This document shows positions 1 to 12,700 of a stretch of 23,384 bases of DNA, piece by piece. Position 1 is the stretch's first letter. Each line of letters opens with the position of its first letter. The position numbers and the translations under genes are program-made. The stretch is from Vitrella brassicaformis CCMP3155 (taxonomy: Eukaryota; Protista; Chromerida). The DNA is taken from assembly GCA_001179505.1 (NCBI GenBank), contig CDMY01000760.1, positions 1 through 23,384 of the forward strand, given 5' to 3'. Below the pieces are notes generated by a model. The model was not told the origin of the DNA. It saw only the letters and a program-made list of their open reading frames with translations, and did not search any database.

Positions 1-120
1 CGCGGGATGAGGGCAGGTGGAGGGGGTTGGGTGTAGTCCGATACACGCTCGCTCATCCGAAAAGGAGGAGAAACAGCCGAGAAATCACCAACTCAATCAT
101 GGGGGGTATGGCACTAAAAT

Positions 121-535
121 ATTCATCAAAAGGCGGATTTGATGCCCAATCCGTGGCGAGGTGGCAAAATTCCTCCATTTCGTGTCTCGTGGTGGACATT
201 ACCTTTTCCCATTCCCGCCTTTTTGTATAGCCTGCTCTGGGCAGCCGACTTGCAACGGCCATTGCAGCCAAGAGAGGCCCCTTATGCACCCTTACGACAC
301 ACACGATCTGACGAAGCCGCTCGAGAAAACCCAGGCCATGCGCTCGTTTGACGGACAAATCTTGCAGCAGCCCTTTCTTCTCTTCTCGTGTTAGCTGAGC
401 CGAACAAACTGCATGGTTGTATTCCCCTCTCATCGAAGGTGGATTTAATGGAGGAAACCTGCAAGGGAAAGGGTCTGCGAGCTTCCGTAAAACACATGAT
501 TGGGTAGACCAGCCAGGCTTCTTCTCTCTCTCCCT
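121..535 (+). repeat. Left block of a degenerate ~310-bp tandem repeat family (about 1.3 units)
   Basis: The core CATC-(A/G)AAGG(T/C)GGATTT occurs with GGATTT at 135 and 441 (period 306). 231-298 matches 13807-13874 at 60/68 ungapped positions. Confidence 0.85.
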
Positions 536-734
536 GTGCATCAGCAAATGGGTGCGCCTCACGCTGTTTGCGGAGATCTAATGTTGCGGCTCGTGCACAA
601 TGAGTGAGGTTCTTTTATTCGGTGGCTGCAGCAGGCACGTCACCCTTCCCACAAGGCTCACAGGAATAGGAATACTCGAATAGGCTCACAGCTGGACGAG
701 AGTCCCTTTGAGATCACGACATCTGTTCTTGAGC

Positions 735-3700
735 ATGAGTCGACAACCAACACGCCATAACCCTTCTAACCCTCACCCACACCGGCCTGCTCGCCCTCCC
801 TTCTCAGGATCTGCTGGGACAGGTCATTCGCGGCCTTCTTTGGGCGACATTGACAGAAAGGCACGGGACTTGCTTGACCGATGGGTAAGACTCAGCAATG
901 CGCAATGCGAGTCCATGATTCCTTTTGTGATTGACAGATGAAGAATCCGAGTACGACGGGGTTGCCTACTGCCGAGCAGCTGGGTTCACGAGTCCTGGAA
1001 GAGTTGGGCGCGGGTTCATGGAGGGATTTGGGGCTGCCTGGGCCGGACCAGCTCTACTGCTTCAAAAGGCTACAGAAGAAAAGACAGGTGAGGGGTTGGG
1101 AGGCTGGATGATGATGACAAAGACCAACCTGTGCTTTGCTTTCCACGTGGTGTCCAGTTGGAGGAGGATGTGAAGGCCATCATTGCTCACCGCATCTCTG
1201 AAGGCGGGTCTGTCCACTTCGGTGACGTTGTTGCCACTCTCTGCACGCGGCACGGCATGCCAAACTTCGTTGGATTTGACGTCGGTCTGCCGTTCGAGTT
1301 GCCCTCTTTGAGGACATTGGCAGGCGCAGAGGGCGACATTTCGACACTCGTACATGCGTACAAGGCTACGCGTTCGTTTGGCACCGCGTGGGATTTCTCG
1401 CTATTCCTTCAAGCGCACATGGAGAGCAGCAACAAAACCTATGACATCGGTAACATGCCAATGTGCCAACACATCTTAGAAGCAACAGGAAAATAACTCG
1501 TCTGCAACACGCGCGGATCCTTCATGGATTCTGTCTTTTGTAGGTGCTTTATGGAGGCACCCAGAGGTCGTGAAGAGCTTTGCTCTCCCTGCGACTGCCG
1601 AAGCACTGCCCCAAGTGTCAATCGAGCAGCTTCTCAATCACTTTGTCACCTACTTCTTCAGTGTCAAGAGTGAGGGAGGCAAAGCGCATGGGCACAACTA
1701 CAGCCGACATGTTTGCTTTTCCCCTTGCAGAGTCTGGCGGGGACCGTGCGACAGTGGAAGGCTTTCTATCTTATCTGCAGGACAAGAAAGGGCTTGGGGC
1801 AGACCCGTCGACGCTCGGACTGCATCTGAAGAATGCCAATTTCGGGCTCTTCATCAAGAAACTTATTGAAGCGCAGAGAGAAGTATACATGCACACGCAC
1901 ATGGTGCCAGACGGAGACGATATGCATTTGCATTACGTCTGTGCACAGGAGCGGCGTCAATTCGACGAAGCCATGCAACGATTGACTTTTGAGGTCATCC
2001 ATCGCGTTACTGAGGAGTCGCGGGAGACCTTCACACGGAACCAGCAGGTATAGGGCATGAGAATACGGTGCTTGAAGCTTTGTCGACTGTCGCTTTAGGA
2101 GGTGGCTCGCAAGTCCTCCTGGCATCAGATCATGAGGCATATTGAGCGCCGATTCAAAACGAGTGTCCAAAACCCAGCCGTGACCGTTGAGATGGCCGTC
2201 TCGGCAATCGTCGCCGCCTTCTCCTACTCACCTGCGTCATACAATGCGCTGGCTGGACTGGTACGCAATATTAGCATGAAAAGCGCCAGTCAGTGATCTT
2301 TATGTGTGCGTGGACTTAGGCCTTCAATACACTTCGCAAACTCCACGAAGTGCCGCTCACTCACCAGCGTACACCCGGCCCCCCTAGTGGCTCAGCCCAG
2401 GAGGCGGCAGCGGCGTATGCGGTCCACATCCAGGATGGGGACATCTACGAGTGCATCAGTCAGGCAATGGAGAGGGAGAGGGCCGACCTGATGGACAGGA
2501 AGGAGGTCGCCCGAGAACAGGCACAAGTGTTGGATGGGGACGACGAGGAGGAGGGAGCGTTGATGATCCTTGAGAGGCTGGAGACTCTGGTCTGCCAAAC
2601 ATGGTCTGTCAACGACTTCGCTGCCCTGCAAAAGGCAAGCAAATGTACGAGCAAGCAAGGCACACCCCCTGCTTTCCGTTTGTTCTTCGTGTCCACAGAC
2701 ACACACACCAGCTGACGGCATGCCTCTCTGTCTCTTCAGGGCCCTTTCGTGTCCTTCTTGGCATCAAATGAAGAGCTCGTTGCTCTGCTACAGGAGCTGT
2801 TTCAATCCATTTATTCGTCAAGTGTTGGCGAATCAGTGCCCTCTGCTGCCGGCGTGCCATCGGCACATTTCGTGCCTGCTGCGTTAGGCGAGGATGCAGC
2901 AGCTGCGACGATGCGGACACCAGAGGAGATCGATGAGATCAAAGGTAGGCTCAGGTGTCCGACAAGGCAAACATCAGCTCACCCTGCTTTTGTCGTGTCC
3001 GTCAAGGCATGATGATCGAGTGCTTGCTCGACTACTTGCATCGTCAGCCACAGCAGCTCACATGGGACACGCTAATCAGGATGGAACAGATCGTCGACTC
3101 ACGATGTGCCGCACAAGGCCTCCAGCCCTCTTTTATCCGCTCGTTCGTTACCTTCATTGCAGAGGACGCCCTCCCAATGCTCAGTGCCCAAGGCTTCGAT
3201 TTCTCCCTATGCCAGTCTCCCTCCGATCCGCCCCTTCTGCTACTTGCTGAGTTTCTGGACCAGTATGATGATAAGCGTGGGCAGGGGCGTGAGGGAGATG
3301 GGGACGAGCGAGGCGGAGCTCTTGTGGACGAACTCATTTGTGGTCAATTCCTCGTCGACTCGGTCAGTCTCCACTCGTTGACACATGAGGCAAACACCAT
3401 CTCCGCCAACCATGTGTTGTGTTGCTGCAGTTGAGCGCATTCCGCTGCGGCCCTCTATTGAATCTCATCACACTGGCATCGCAGGCTAAGGCAGAGTCGC
3501 AGGTGAGCCTTCCCTTTCCTTGGCGTCTCTTGGCTCTTAAATAGCGCGTTGTGCATGTATTTCGCTCAGTTGGATGGTCTTTCATCCGCCACTCAGAAAG
3601 CTATCGTCTACTCTGAGCTCCTCGAACACGAAACTGCTGGGTACGGAAGCACCACACGAGCCGTATCGTATCGTCGACAGCAGCCCAACCATCTTTGTGC

Positions 3701-6700
3701 TTTGCAGGTCGGTGCAGCCGGTCGATGGTGATACGCCTGCCATCACTCCTGAACCGCAGTCTCTCCGTCCGTCGCCGGAGCGTCGGAAGGTGTCGCCAGA
3801 GCCTGACGGCGACGAGCTGGATGACCTCGAGGGCGACGATGAAATTGACGACGAGGTAAGACAATCCATGGCCGCTGCATTGCATTGCATTGTAGTCAAT
3901 GCATTACTCTTTCTGCTGGTCGCCACAGGGAATGCCAGAAGAGGAGGCGAAGAGAGAAAGTGAAAGGGGTCGATCAGCCCGTCGTGAGCGTGAGGATGCA
4001 TGGCTCGATGCGGGTCAGCGCGTTGGCGAAGCGATCGGTGAGGACAGCATCATCGATCTAATTGCTAGTTCATTCATCGAACCATTCCAGGTCAGCATAC
4101 GGGGTGGTGCCGTGTTCTCCATTCTCTACCAGACGTGGTTGTGATACTGTCTTATGTGCCAGGATGTCAGTGAAGCTTTGCTGTGGCCCGTCATGCTGCA
4201 GCATACCTGTGGCCCTCTTGATTTGTTCATCGTCCGACACCAGTAAGGAAGCGTAAAGCAAGGCGAATGGCAGTAAGCAAAAGTGTCACTTGGAGCCCCC
4301 CCCCCCNNNNNNNNNNNNNNNNNNNNNNNNNNNNNNNNNNNNNNNNNNNNNNNNNNNNNNNNNNNNNNNNNNNNNNNNNNNNNNNNNNNNNNNNNNNNNN
4401 NNNNNNNNNNNNNNNNNNNNNNNNNNNNNNNNNNNNNNNNNNNNNNNNNNNNNNNNNNNNNNNNNNNNNNNNNNNNNNNNNNNNNNNNNNNNNNNNNNNN
4501 NNNNNNNNNNNNNNNNNNNNNNNNNNNNNNNNNNNNNNNNNNNNNNNNNNNNNNNNNNNNNNNNNNNNNNNNNNNNNNNNNNNNNNNNNNNNNNNNNNNN
4601 NNNNNNCCCCCACCCAACCCCTCAGGGCCCTTCTCCGGGCGAAAGGCGTTATGTGCCTTTATACTGGCGATCCGCTCACTGGGAAGACTCAGTTTCTCAA
4701 GGTGCCCATCAACAACATCAGATTCGATGACCTCTCACGTGCCCTCGAAGAGCAGCGCGATGGCCAGTAAGGCAGTACGCCACTTATGCTCTCTCGACAA
4801 AACGCCTGCCTGTATGTTCTCCCCTGCGAACAGGTCCATTGCGCGGATGTTCGCGTCACTTGTGTGCCTTCATGGCGGAGGCGCACACCTGCCCGCCCCG
4901 TCGCTACTTGCAAGTGCCTTCGAGAGCTATTTTGCGGCGCTCATGCCGTCGCTTAACGACCCACCCAGTCATCCCGGCATCCCCTCTCTCGCATGGGCGC
5001 TCATTACCATCCTCATGGAGCTTCCTCTCCCTCTCGCCACGTCCGAGCTTCTGGTCCGCAAGTTCCTTCTCGACCCGCTGACCACACTTCGGCGCAACTG
5101 GGCAGAGGAAACGGGTGTCTTTCTCACCCGTGTCACGCCGAGAGAGCAGCGTCGCCTATGGCTTGTCGCTGCTGCAGTTGGAATCCATGAGTGGTCGAAG
5201 GTTCTGTCGGACGTGCTATGCAACCCCTCGGGATCAGGATGGGTCATCAACTTACCCTCCCTTACCTTGAGTGGTGAGTCACCTCAGGCTGAAGACGACA
5301 AGAAGATGGGCGCCGAGGAGGAGAGGCCTCCGACTGACGGGCCAGCCGCGGTCGAGCCACCTGCAGCAAGTGCCTTGTCGGACGACAAGACGGAGGCACA
5401 TGGTCGTGCAGAGGTGGAGGGTCGAGATGCTCATGCAGAAGGTCGTGCAGAGGTGTCGGACGAGCCACAACCAACGGACGTCGAGGAGCTGGATCATGCT
5501 GTGGAAGATAGTCCCAAGAAGAAGCACTGCAGGTGAACAACACGGGATGACAACACTCGTCGACGACTTCAGCTTCGTACATTGGCTGTTGTCTTCTTCA
5601 TTGCCGTAGATGGGTCATTGACGACATCAGGCGCCACTTGCTGCCTGCTGAGGCCCTTCAAGCGACGTCGATGGATCCGTCGACTAGCGAACAGGTCCTC
5701 ACCAGTATCAAATGGCAGCAGGAGATGCTTGGTTCGGCTCTCGAGCGCATCTCGAAGGATCTCTACGAGAGGGACTTCCACTTCATCTTCGAGCTGATAC
5801 AAAATGCTGACGACAATCGCTACTTCACAACCGATGGCACCGGCGACGTGATGCCGAGTCTGCAGCTCTACCTCACCAAGGTTGGCATCGACATTCTCAA
5901 CAACGAGTGCGGCTTTGAAGAGCCCCACATGCGTGCCCTCTGTGCCGTTGCCAAGAGCACCAAGAAGAGAGAAGCAGGGACAAACCTCATCGGCCGCAAA
6001 GGGATAGGCTTTAAGGCCGTTTTTTCGATTTCTGACACGCCCGCCATCTTTTCGAACGGATACATGATGCACTTCGACGCGACCACGCGTGGGATAGGCT
6101 ACATCCTGCCACACTGTAAGCAAAGGAGCTGGCATGGATCATTCCCTTTTCGTGCACATGTGTTTGTTGTCATGCAGGGGCACCGGAGCCGCCACTCTTA
6201 GCTGAAGAGCAAGGCGAGCTTTTGCTTGACCCTGACGTCCCTCGCATCCCTTCTGGCCCACTCCAGTGGACTACTCTCATCCGGCTGCCCTTCAAGACAC
6301 AGCAGCAGGCGGGACGGCAAGAGTGGCATTCCAAATGCCAGTCTGAACTCCGCGACATCCGACCCACACTGCTCCTGTTCCTGAACCGTCTGAGGCGCCT
6401 CACGATTGTCAACAAGATTCACAACGAGGAGCGGCTTATATCCCGCGAAGACCTACACGCCATCGCACTCGACCAGAATGGCACTCTCACCCTGCTCCCA
6501 CCTGACGGCAACATGGACCGTGCTATCGTCCGTGTTCGGCTCAATGACAGCCATCAAGATTGGTTGGTGGTCCGCAAGACGATCAAGCCGCCCCCCTTTG
6601 CGTGGCGCGACAAGCAAGCTGAAGGGCAAGGAGAGGGCAAGGTCGACCAGGGGTCCACCGTCATTCAGGTAGCTGTACCATTGCCAGCAGGGAAGCTGGA

Positions 6701-9700
6701 CGGGCCTCTGGGGATGCAGCCAGTGTGTGCATTCCTGCCCCTTCGGGAGAGCGGCTTTCGCTTTGTCCTACAGGTAGTAAACGAGAGAAGGGAACATCAT
6801 GCCATTTGAGCCAACCTGTTCTGTCTTCGTCTGTCAGGCCGATTGGACAGTGGTGTCTGCACGAGATAGGGTGAAAGAGGATCTAGCCTGGAATCAGTAC
6901 CTCCGCAGCTGTATGCCCGCGGTCATCCTCGATGCGATCGACATCATCAAGGCACTTATCGTCAGCTCGTCTGAAGGAAGCGGCGACTCCACCCCTGCAC
7001 CGCTATGGTCAGTGTCCATCGGCTACCTGCTCCAACTGCTGCCCTTCCACTACGACCGAGAGGTAGAGCGATGGTTCCAGCCTATTGCTCAGCAGCTGTG
7101 GGAGGACTTGCGGTCCAAGCACTGGGTTATGACTCTTGACGGCCAGTTTCGCTTGCCAACGCAGTGCCTCGCCGGTCCACCTGCCCTCTTGCGGCACCTG
7201 CTGACCCTCATCACGCCTGAGGAGCTGGCCTTGTCGACCGGCAAATCGTTCTTGCATCCCGCCATCGCTGATACGCTGGCTCTCGGCGACCCCGTCGCCC
7301 AGAAACACGCCTGTGAGCGCATCGGCTTCACCGCCATCGAGGCTGACTTCCTGCTTACGTTCCTCGAGAAGCTTGACAGCGTCGACCGACTCAAGGGCCA
7401 GGCGCTGGAATGGCTCGCCAAGGTCCTCATCGTGCTTTATGATCTGACGGCTCCATCCGCTGCCAGCTCTATGCCGCATGTGCGAGGCAGGGGCACGGCA
7501 GAGAGACGCGGCAATCCCTGGCTGGCGCGCCTCAAGAGGCTTCCGCTGCTTGCTCTCGAAGGAGGCGAGAGGGTCAGCTCAGAGGCACAGGCCACACAAG
7601 GCGGCTGCTTCTTTCCAATGGACCTCTCGACTTCTCAACATTTCCAACATGAAGGGCCGGTCGATACGGTGTGGCATGACTGCGGTGTGCGGGAGGGGCT
7701 GCCGAGCCCAGATGGGTCTGCCACCGTTGTGTATTGGTTCGCTACCAAGTTGGCCCGTGTTGACCGGATGCTGTGGACGAATGTGGACGAGGGACAGCAC
7801 CCCGTCCTGAAGTCCATGCTGCTCAGGTGAAGGAAGGGAAAGGTGCGTTGTGCAATGGATTGACGTGTGCCGCGCTTTTGTCCAGGTTGGGTGTGCGCGA
7901 TGCTTCCGACGACTCGCTATGTGACTTCCTCTATGAAGAGCTTCGAACTGAGCGGGACCCACGGGTAAGCAGCTCGCAAAGCCAGGCCGTGGCTGAGGCG
8001 ACCTGTCTGGTTGCGTGTGTGACCCCTCAGGTATGGGCCAGCGTCGTGTGCTATCTCTTCGACAGGAGGAGCCACGCTAGCTTTTGCCGACTCCAAAGCG
8101 TCAAGAAGCTGTGGACGTCAATGCAGCTCATCTGCCTCCACCATCCGCCCCCGATGCACCACGAGCCGGGCACTACATCGCCAGATGTGCAGCCGTCCTT
8201 CACGACCACGGAGCTGTCGCCCTTGTGGCCAGCCACGTGGTCCCACTCCGCAAGGGAGGGATGGGACGTGGTGCTCGCATCGCCGACGAGGCATCCTGTC
8301 CTATTTCCGAGAGATATGGGAAACAGCTTCCATCCATCGGAATTTGGTCAGACTTCTCTCCATCGCGAGTGGTTTGTTGTTCACCCCCTTTATCTCAACC
8401 ACAATCCCAAGAAGGACGACCTCACTGTTCACACTAAGGCGTGGCACGAGTTCTTGGCGTCGATGGGGGTGAGGTGCTTCTTCTGGATGACCGAGGACAG
8501 GATTGAGCTGACCATCAGCCAGTCTGACGTCGAAAGTCAACAGCCTAACGAAGAAGCCGTGACCGACAGGGTGATTCGCCAAGGCCTTTCGACAGCTCTG
8601 AGCAAGGACCACTCGGCGCCAGATGGGTCAAAATGGCTAGTGCGCACGCCGGTCTTTCCCCTGTGGTCTGGGCTCCTGACTGACCTGCTGTCGAGTGGAG
8701 TGCGGGATGGTGCTGCACGAGTCGGAGACGAGCATACGCGGATCCTGTGTCTTCTGCTTCAGCTGCTGCTGAGCCATTCCCATGAGTGGCAGAGCGGAGT
8801 CGAGGCGAAGGCATCAAGACAGCACGATAAGGGCCAGCTGTCTGACCTCGCTGTGCCTTCTGGCTTCTTCCTGCTGTTATCTCGAGTGGCGTGGCTTCCT
8901 GACGAATATGGTGCTCTCAGACCGCCTGGGCAGCTATGGGTCGATCAACCAGACACACGGAGCGTTCTGTCGACCTTTGTGCCTTACCTACCGCCGCACC
9001 CCTTGTGGACTCCGAGAGTGCCTGTAGCACCAGATGACATACCTCGCATCATGGACCAGCTTGGCATTCGCACGGCCATCCGCACACCTGAGGAGCTGCT
9101 GGATGTGCTGGTGACGTGGGGAGCGACAGAGAAGGAGGAGGGCGACACTGCCGTGCAACGCCCCTTCCGCACACATCTACGGCACATGCACGCCGTGTAT
9201 GAGATGCTGGGTCGGTTGCCAGACACGAAAGGAGCGGTAAGTCACAATGCTTCCACACACGACCGTGGCTAAATTGTTGTGTCTGTCTGTATGCCCCTTG
9301 CGTAGGTGTCACTCTTTTTCAAGTCTCACTGTGCCATATGGGTGCCTATTGAGAGGCGCACATATCGAAACAAGAAAGAAAATGAAGTGAGTGTACTCGG
9401 GAGTGCACGACAGCGGTGCATTGCGCGCACACCACACATGACCGTGCTTTTCAGCTTCGCGATGGGGAGTGGAAGTCGTCTGATGAGGTCTTCCTGCGAT
9501 CTGGAAGGGCGCAGCTTTGGGAGTTCGTCAGCTCGACCTATCGGTTCTTAGATGTGACGTACGACATCGAGCTTAAAGATTTCTTCCATGCCAAAGCTGG
9601 TTAGCCAAGGGCACTTCGAGCAAATGAGCTGTGCCACATAGAATGAAGTCTTGTCTTATCCTGCAGGTGTGTCGACGACTCATGCCATCTCTGCACTGCC

Positions 9701-12700
9701 TGAGCTGTTGGAAGGGCTCCTGAAGACCGCATACCAGCTTCGCACCAAGCCGCACAGTATTTCGACATTTCATTGGCACAAGGAAGCACCAATTCTGTTG
9801 GACACCACCAAGGCCCACGAGATGCTCCTAGGGTAGGAAGGATGCCGGCATCAGTGTCAAACATCCATCAGTACTGTCCGTCTGCTGTGCACGCGCAGTC
9901 ATCTGAGAGATCTGGCCAGGAGGATTGCAAACGAGGAGCTTCTGCTGCAGGAGGAAGCCAAATTGGCACAAAAGCTACGCTCGTGCAGGCAAGAATACTC
10001 TGGATACGTCCCTGCTAGATCACAGGTCGTGTCTTCCGCTCTGCAGGATCTGGCCATCTGCTTTGGTGAACCCGCAGACGCGCATGTGCCACTACTTCGA
10101 TTTGCAGACGTGCAGACCCTTCGTCGACGACATCATTCCCCAACACGCGACACTCGATCCGCGCTTCGCTCTCACCGCAATGCGGCTCCCACAGGAGACA
10201 ACAAACGAGAAGCCGATAGTGCTTGTTGGGGGCGGCCAGCCATCCGGATATGGGGATCGATGCGACCCTTCATTGTGGCCTTTGTTGGGGGCCCTTCACG
10301 TGCCGTGCCTATCGGATGCCGCCCGAACGGATGTCGAATGCGACGACTTGGCAACGCGGCTGTCGTACATGCGGCTGGACCGATTCTTGGACGAGACCGG
10401 CTCAGCAAGTGACGTGCCGATTTCCCCGCTCTCCCCGGTCGATGTGACAGAACTTCTAGGGCAACATGCGGTCGGCTTCCTGCTCTACTGGGCGGAGCGA
10501 TGGCTGCGCGGACAGACAACGATCCTTGCGAGGTTATTTGGCGATCCTCAAACGGCAATGGAACGGTTGCGACTGCATCTTGTCAACTGTGGAGTCCTTC
10601 GACGCGAGATGACAGCCAGCGAAGACGACGTTGACCCCTCTGAGACGTTCTCTGCCTGTCGGGTGACCTTCCAACTACGAGTGGCGACAACTCTTGTCAT
10701 CGAGGATACTGTGTTGGCATCATGGGATGCCCACTCGTCGCTCAATCCAGACACCTGCTGCTTTCTCGTTCGGGTGCCAGGCGAATGGGACCAGTCCCTC
10801 ATGCACACCACAGGCGGCGGCAAACAGATAGCCCCTTGCGTTGAGTACGTCGCACTGGCGGCTGTGGCAATGGTCGTCGACAAGCTCGAGAAGGCGTCTG
10901 AGGGACAGCGCCAGGGGAGCTTGCGTGACTTGCAAGAGTTCCTCGTTGGCTACGTGGTGCCCCCGCTGTGCATACAGCTGGAAGGTTGGGTACTAGGAAC
11001 CTTCGGCGATGTGGGAGTCGAGCACGCCGCGGCTGTCGCTCGTGTCCTCAGTGGCGAGGGAGCCGAGTGGGATGTCACCACGTGGAAGCAGCAGCTGCAG
11101 ATTTTAACTGCACAGATCAACTCGGGCATCGAGAAAAGGGCTGCGCCTTTACCACTGCCCAGGCACGTAAGTTCGCACCTATCGAGCCATCACCTGTGCT
11201 TATATTGTGCACAACTTTTGTTTTCAGGCTGACTGTGAGAGCGAATGGTTCGCCCTTCCTCCTGGCCCGAGCCCAACGCATGTTCCCCCTGCCCTCTCCG
11301 CGTATGCTTCGCTTCTTGCTGCGCACCTGGAAACGCATCGACCAGAAGAAGACACCGAAGGAATGGCCGCGCAGCCAGCAGAGACGGCACAGGATGTCGC
11401 TGTCGCCGCCTTGGATCAAGCCACCACTGAACAAGCCGACCACTCGGTTCACGTCAAACAGCCATCCCAAGCGCTTGACGCGGCGTCCGAGGAGCTGCCT
11501 GATGACTTCGATCCCTTTGCAGCACCAGCGAAGAAGACTGAGGGCAGGAAGAAGGAAGTCTGGCCACCCTTGCCCCCTGGCTTCGGGGAGAGGGAAGCAA
11601 TCGGGGGGAGTGAGCGCAAGGAGGGCGAGGAGATGTCTGAAACGATCTACGGAATGGCCATTGCCGCAGGAGTTGGTAAGTGTAACCAAAACAAGGAACC
11701 AGGGAGAAAAGACGTCGCCAGGTGCCGCCTCTGCCCATTTCGTTCAGACTTCTCTGGCACGCGTACTCATTATGGCGAGGCGGGTGCTTCTCACGGCGAT
11801 GCCCATTCACGAGGTCACGTGCACGAAGACAACAGTGAGAATAGGGGGCGACCGCACCCTGACAAAGGAGCAACGCATGATGGCGGGCTGGTGGATGGTG
11901 GCTATCGTCCTGTCGATCCTGAGCGGCCCCCTGCCGATCCTGACCGGTCCCTTCTTAGCTCTGTCCAAGAGGAGCACTTCTTGGACAAGGAAAAGATGGA
12001 AGCCGAGCAATCGCAGAGGCGCAGCGCAAACGAGCCAACTCAGTCGCTTCAAGTGGAACTGCCGCAATCGGCATCCCTCCCCGCGACACCCGAGCCACGC
12101 CCTGCGGTGCCTCCAGAGAGCAGCCAAGAAGACGAGAACAAAGAGGATGACGTCGCAGCTGTTCAGCAAGGAGCTCAGCCCGTGGTCATCTTGATGGACG
12201 CCAATGCCGTGGCTGGCTTCCTTCCCTTGCACCACGTCGCAGCAGATACTGCGCACAGCCATGGGGGTCTTCCTCGCATTCGCTCGTTCCTTCACCCAAG
12301 AGAGAGGCGTCAAAAGGGATCAGCAAGAGGAGATGGAGTACCCGAAGAGAAGGCTATCAGGCTGACGGATGAGTTGCTTGAGGAGATGATGCGCGTGGGG
12401 CGGATAGGAGAGGGAATTGTTTGTGAGCACTTGAGGCTCGAAGAGACGGCTAAAGGCGGCGATCCTAAGAGAATCGTATGGGTGAATGAAGACAGCGAGA
12501 GGGGTCTACCATACGACATTGTCCGTGCGCGTGTGCCGATTCACTCGCCTGGTGACCTGACGGAAGATGTGTTGGTGAGCAAGGGAAAGGGGACAACTAC
12601 ATGAACGTGTGCTCATGAGTTTGTTTGTTTGTTTGTTTGTCTGTTTGTCTGTTTGTCTGTTTGTTTGTTTGTTCTGCTCTCAGCGCGACGCCGACATCAT

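Noticed and set aside
653-700. Small repeats GGCTCACAG x2 and GAATAG x3 upstream of the NOV ATG
   Set aside because: Too short to separate from chance or local slippage, and no motif could be assigned.
5395-5462. Short duplicated GGTCGTGCAGAGGTG (GRAEV twice) in a NOV exon
   Set aside because: It is an in-frame micro-duplication in an acidic disordered linker, which is ordinary.
11676-11790. Apparent zinc finger (KC..RCRLCPF..H..H) in ORF 11207-12604
   Set aside because: The cysteines lie inside a predicted intron with a strong GTAAGT donor and TTCAG acceptor (11676-11747), and the His spacing does not fit C2H2.
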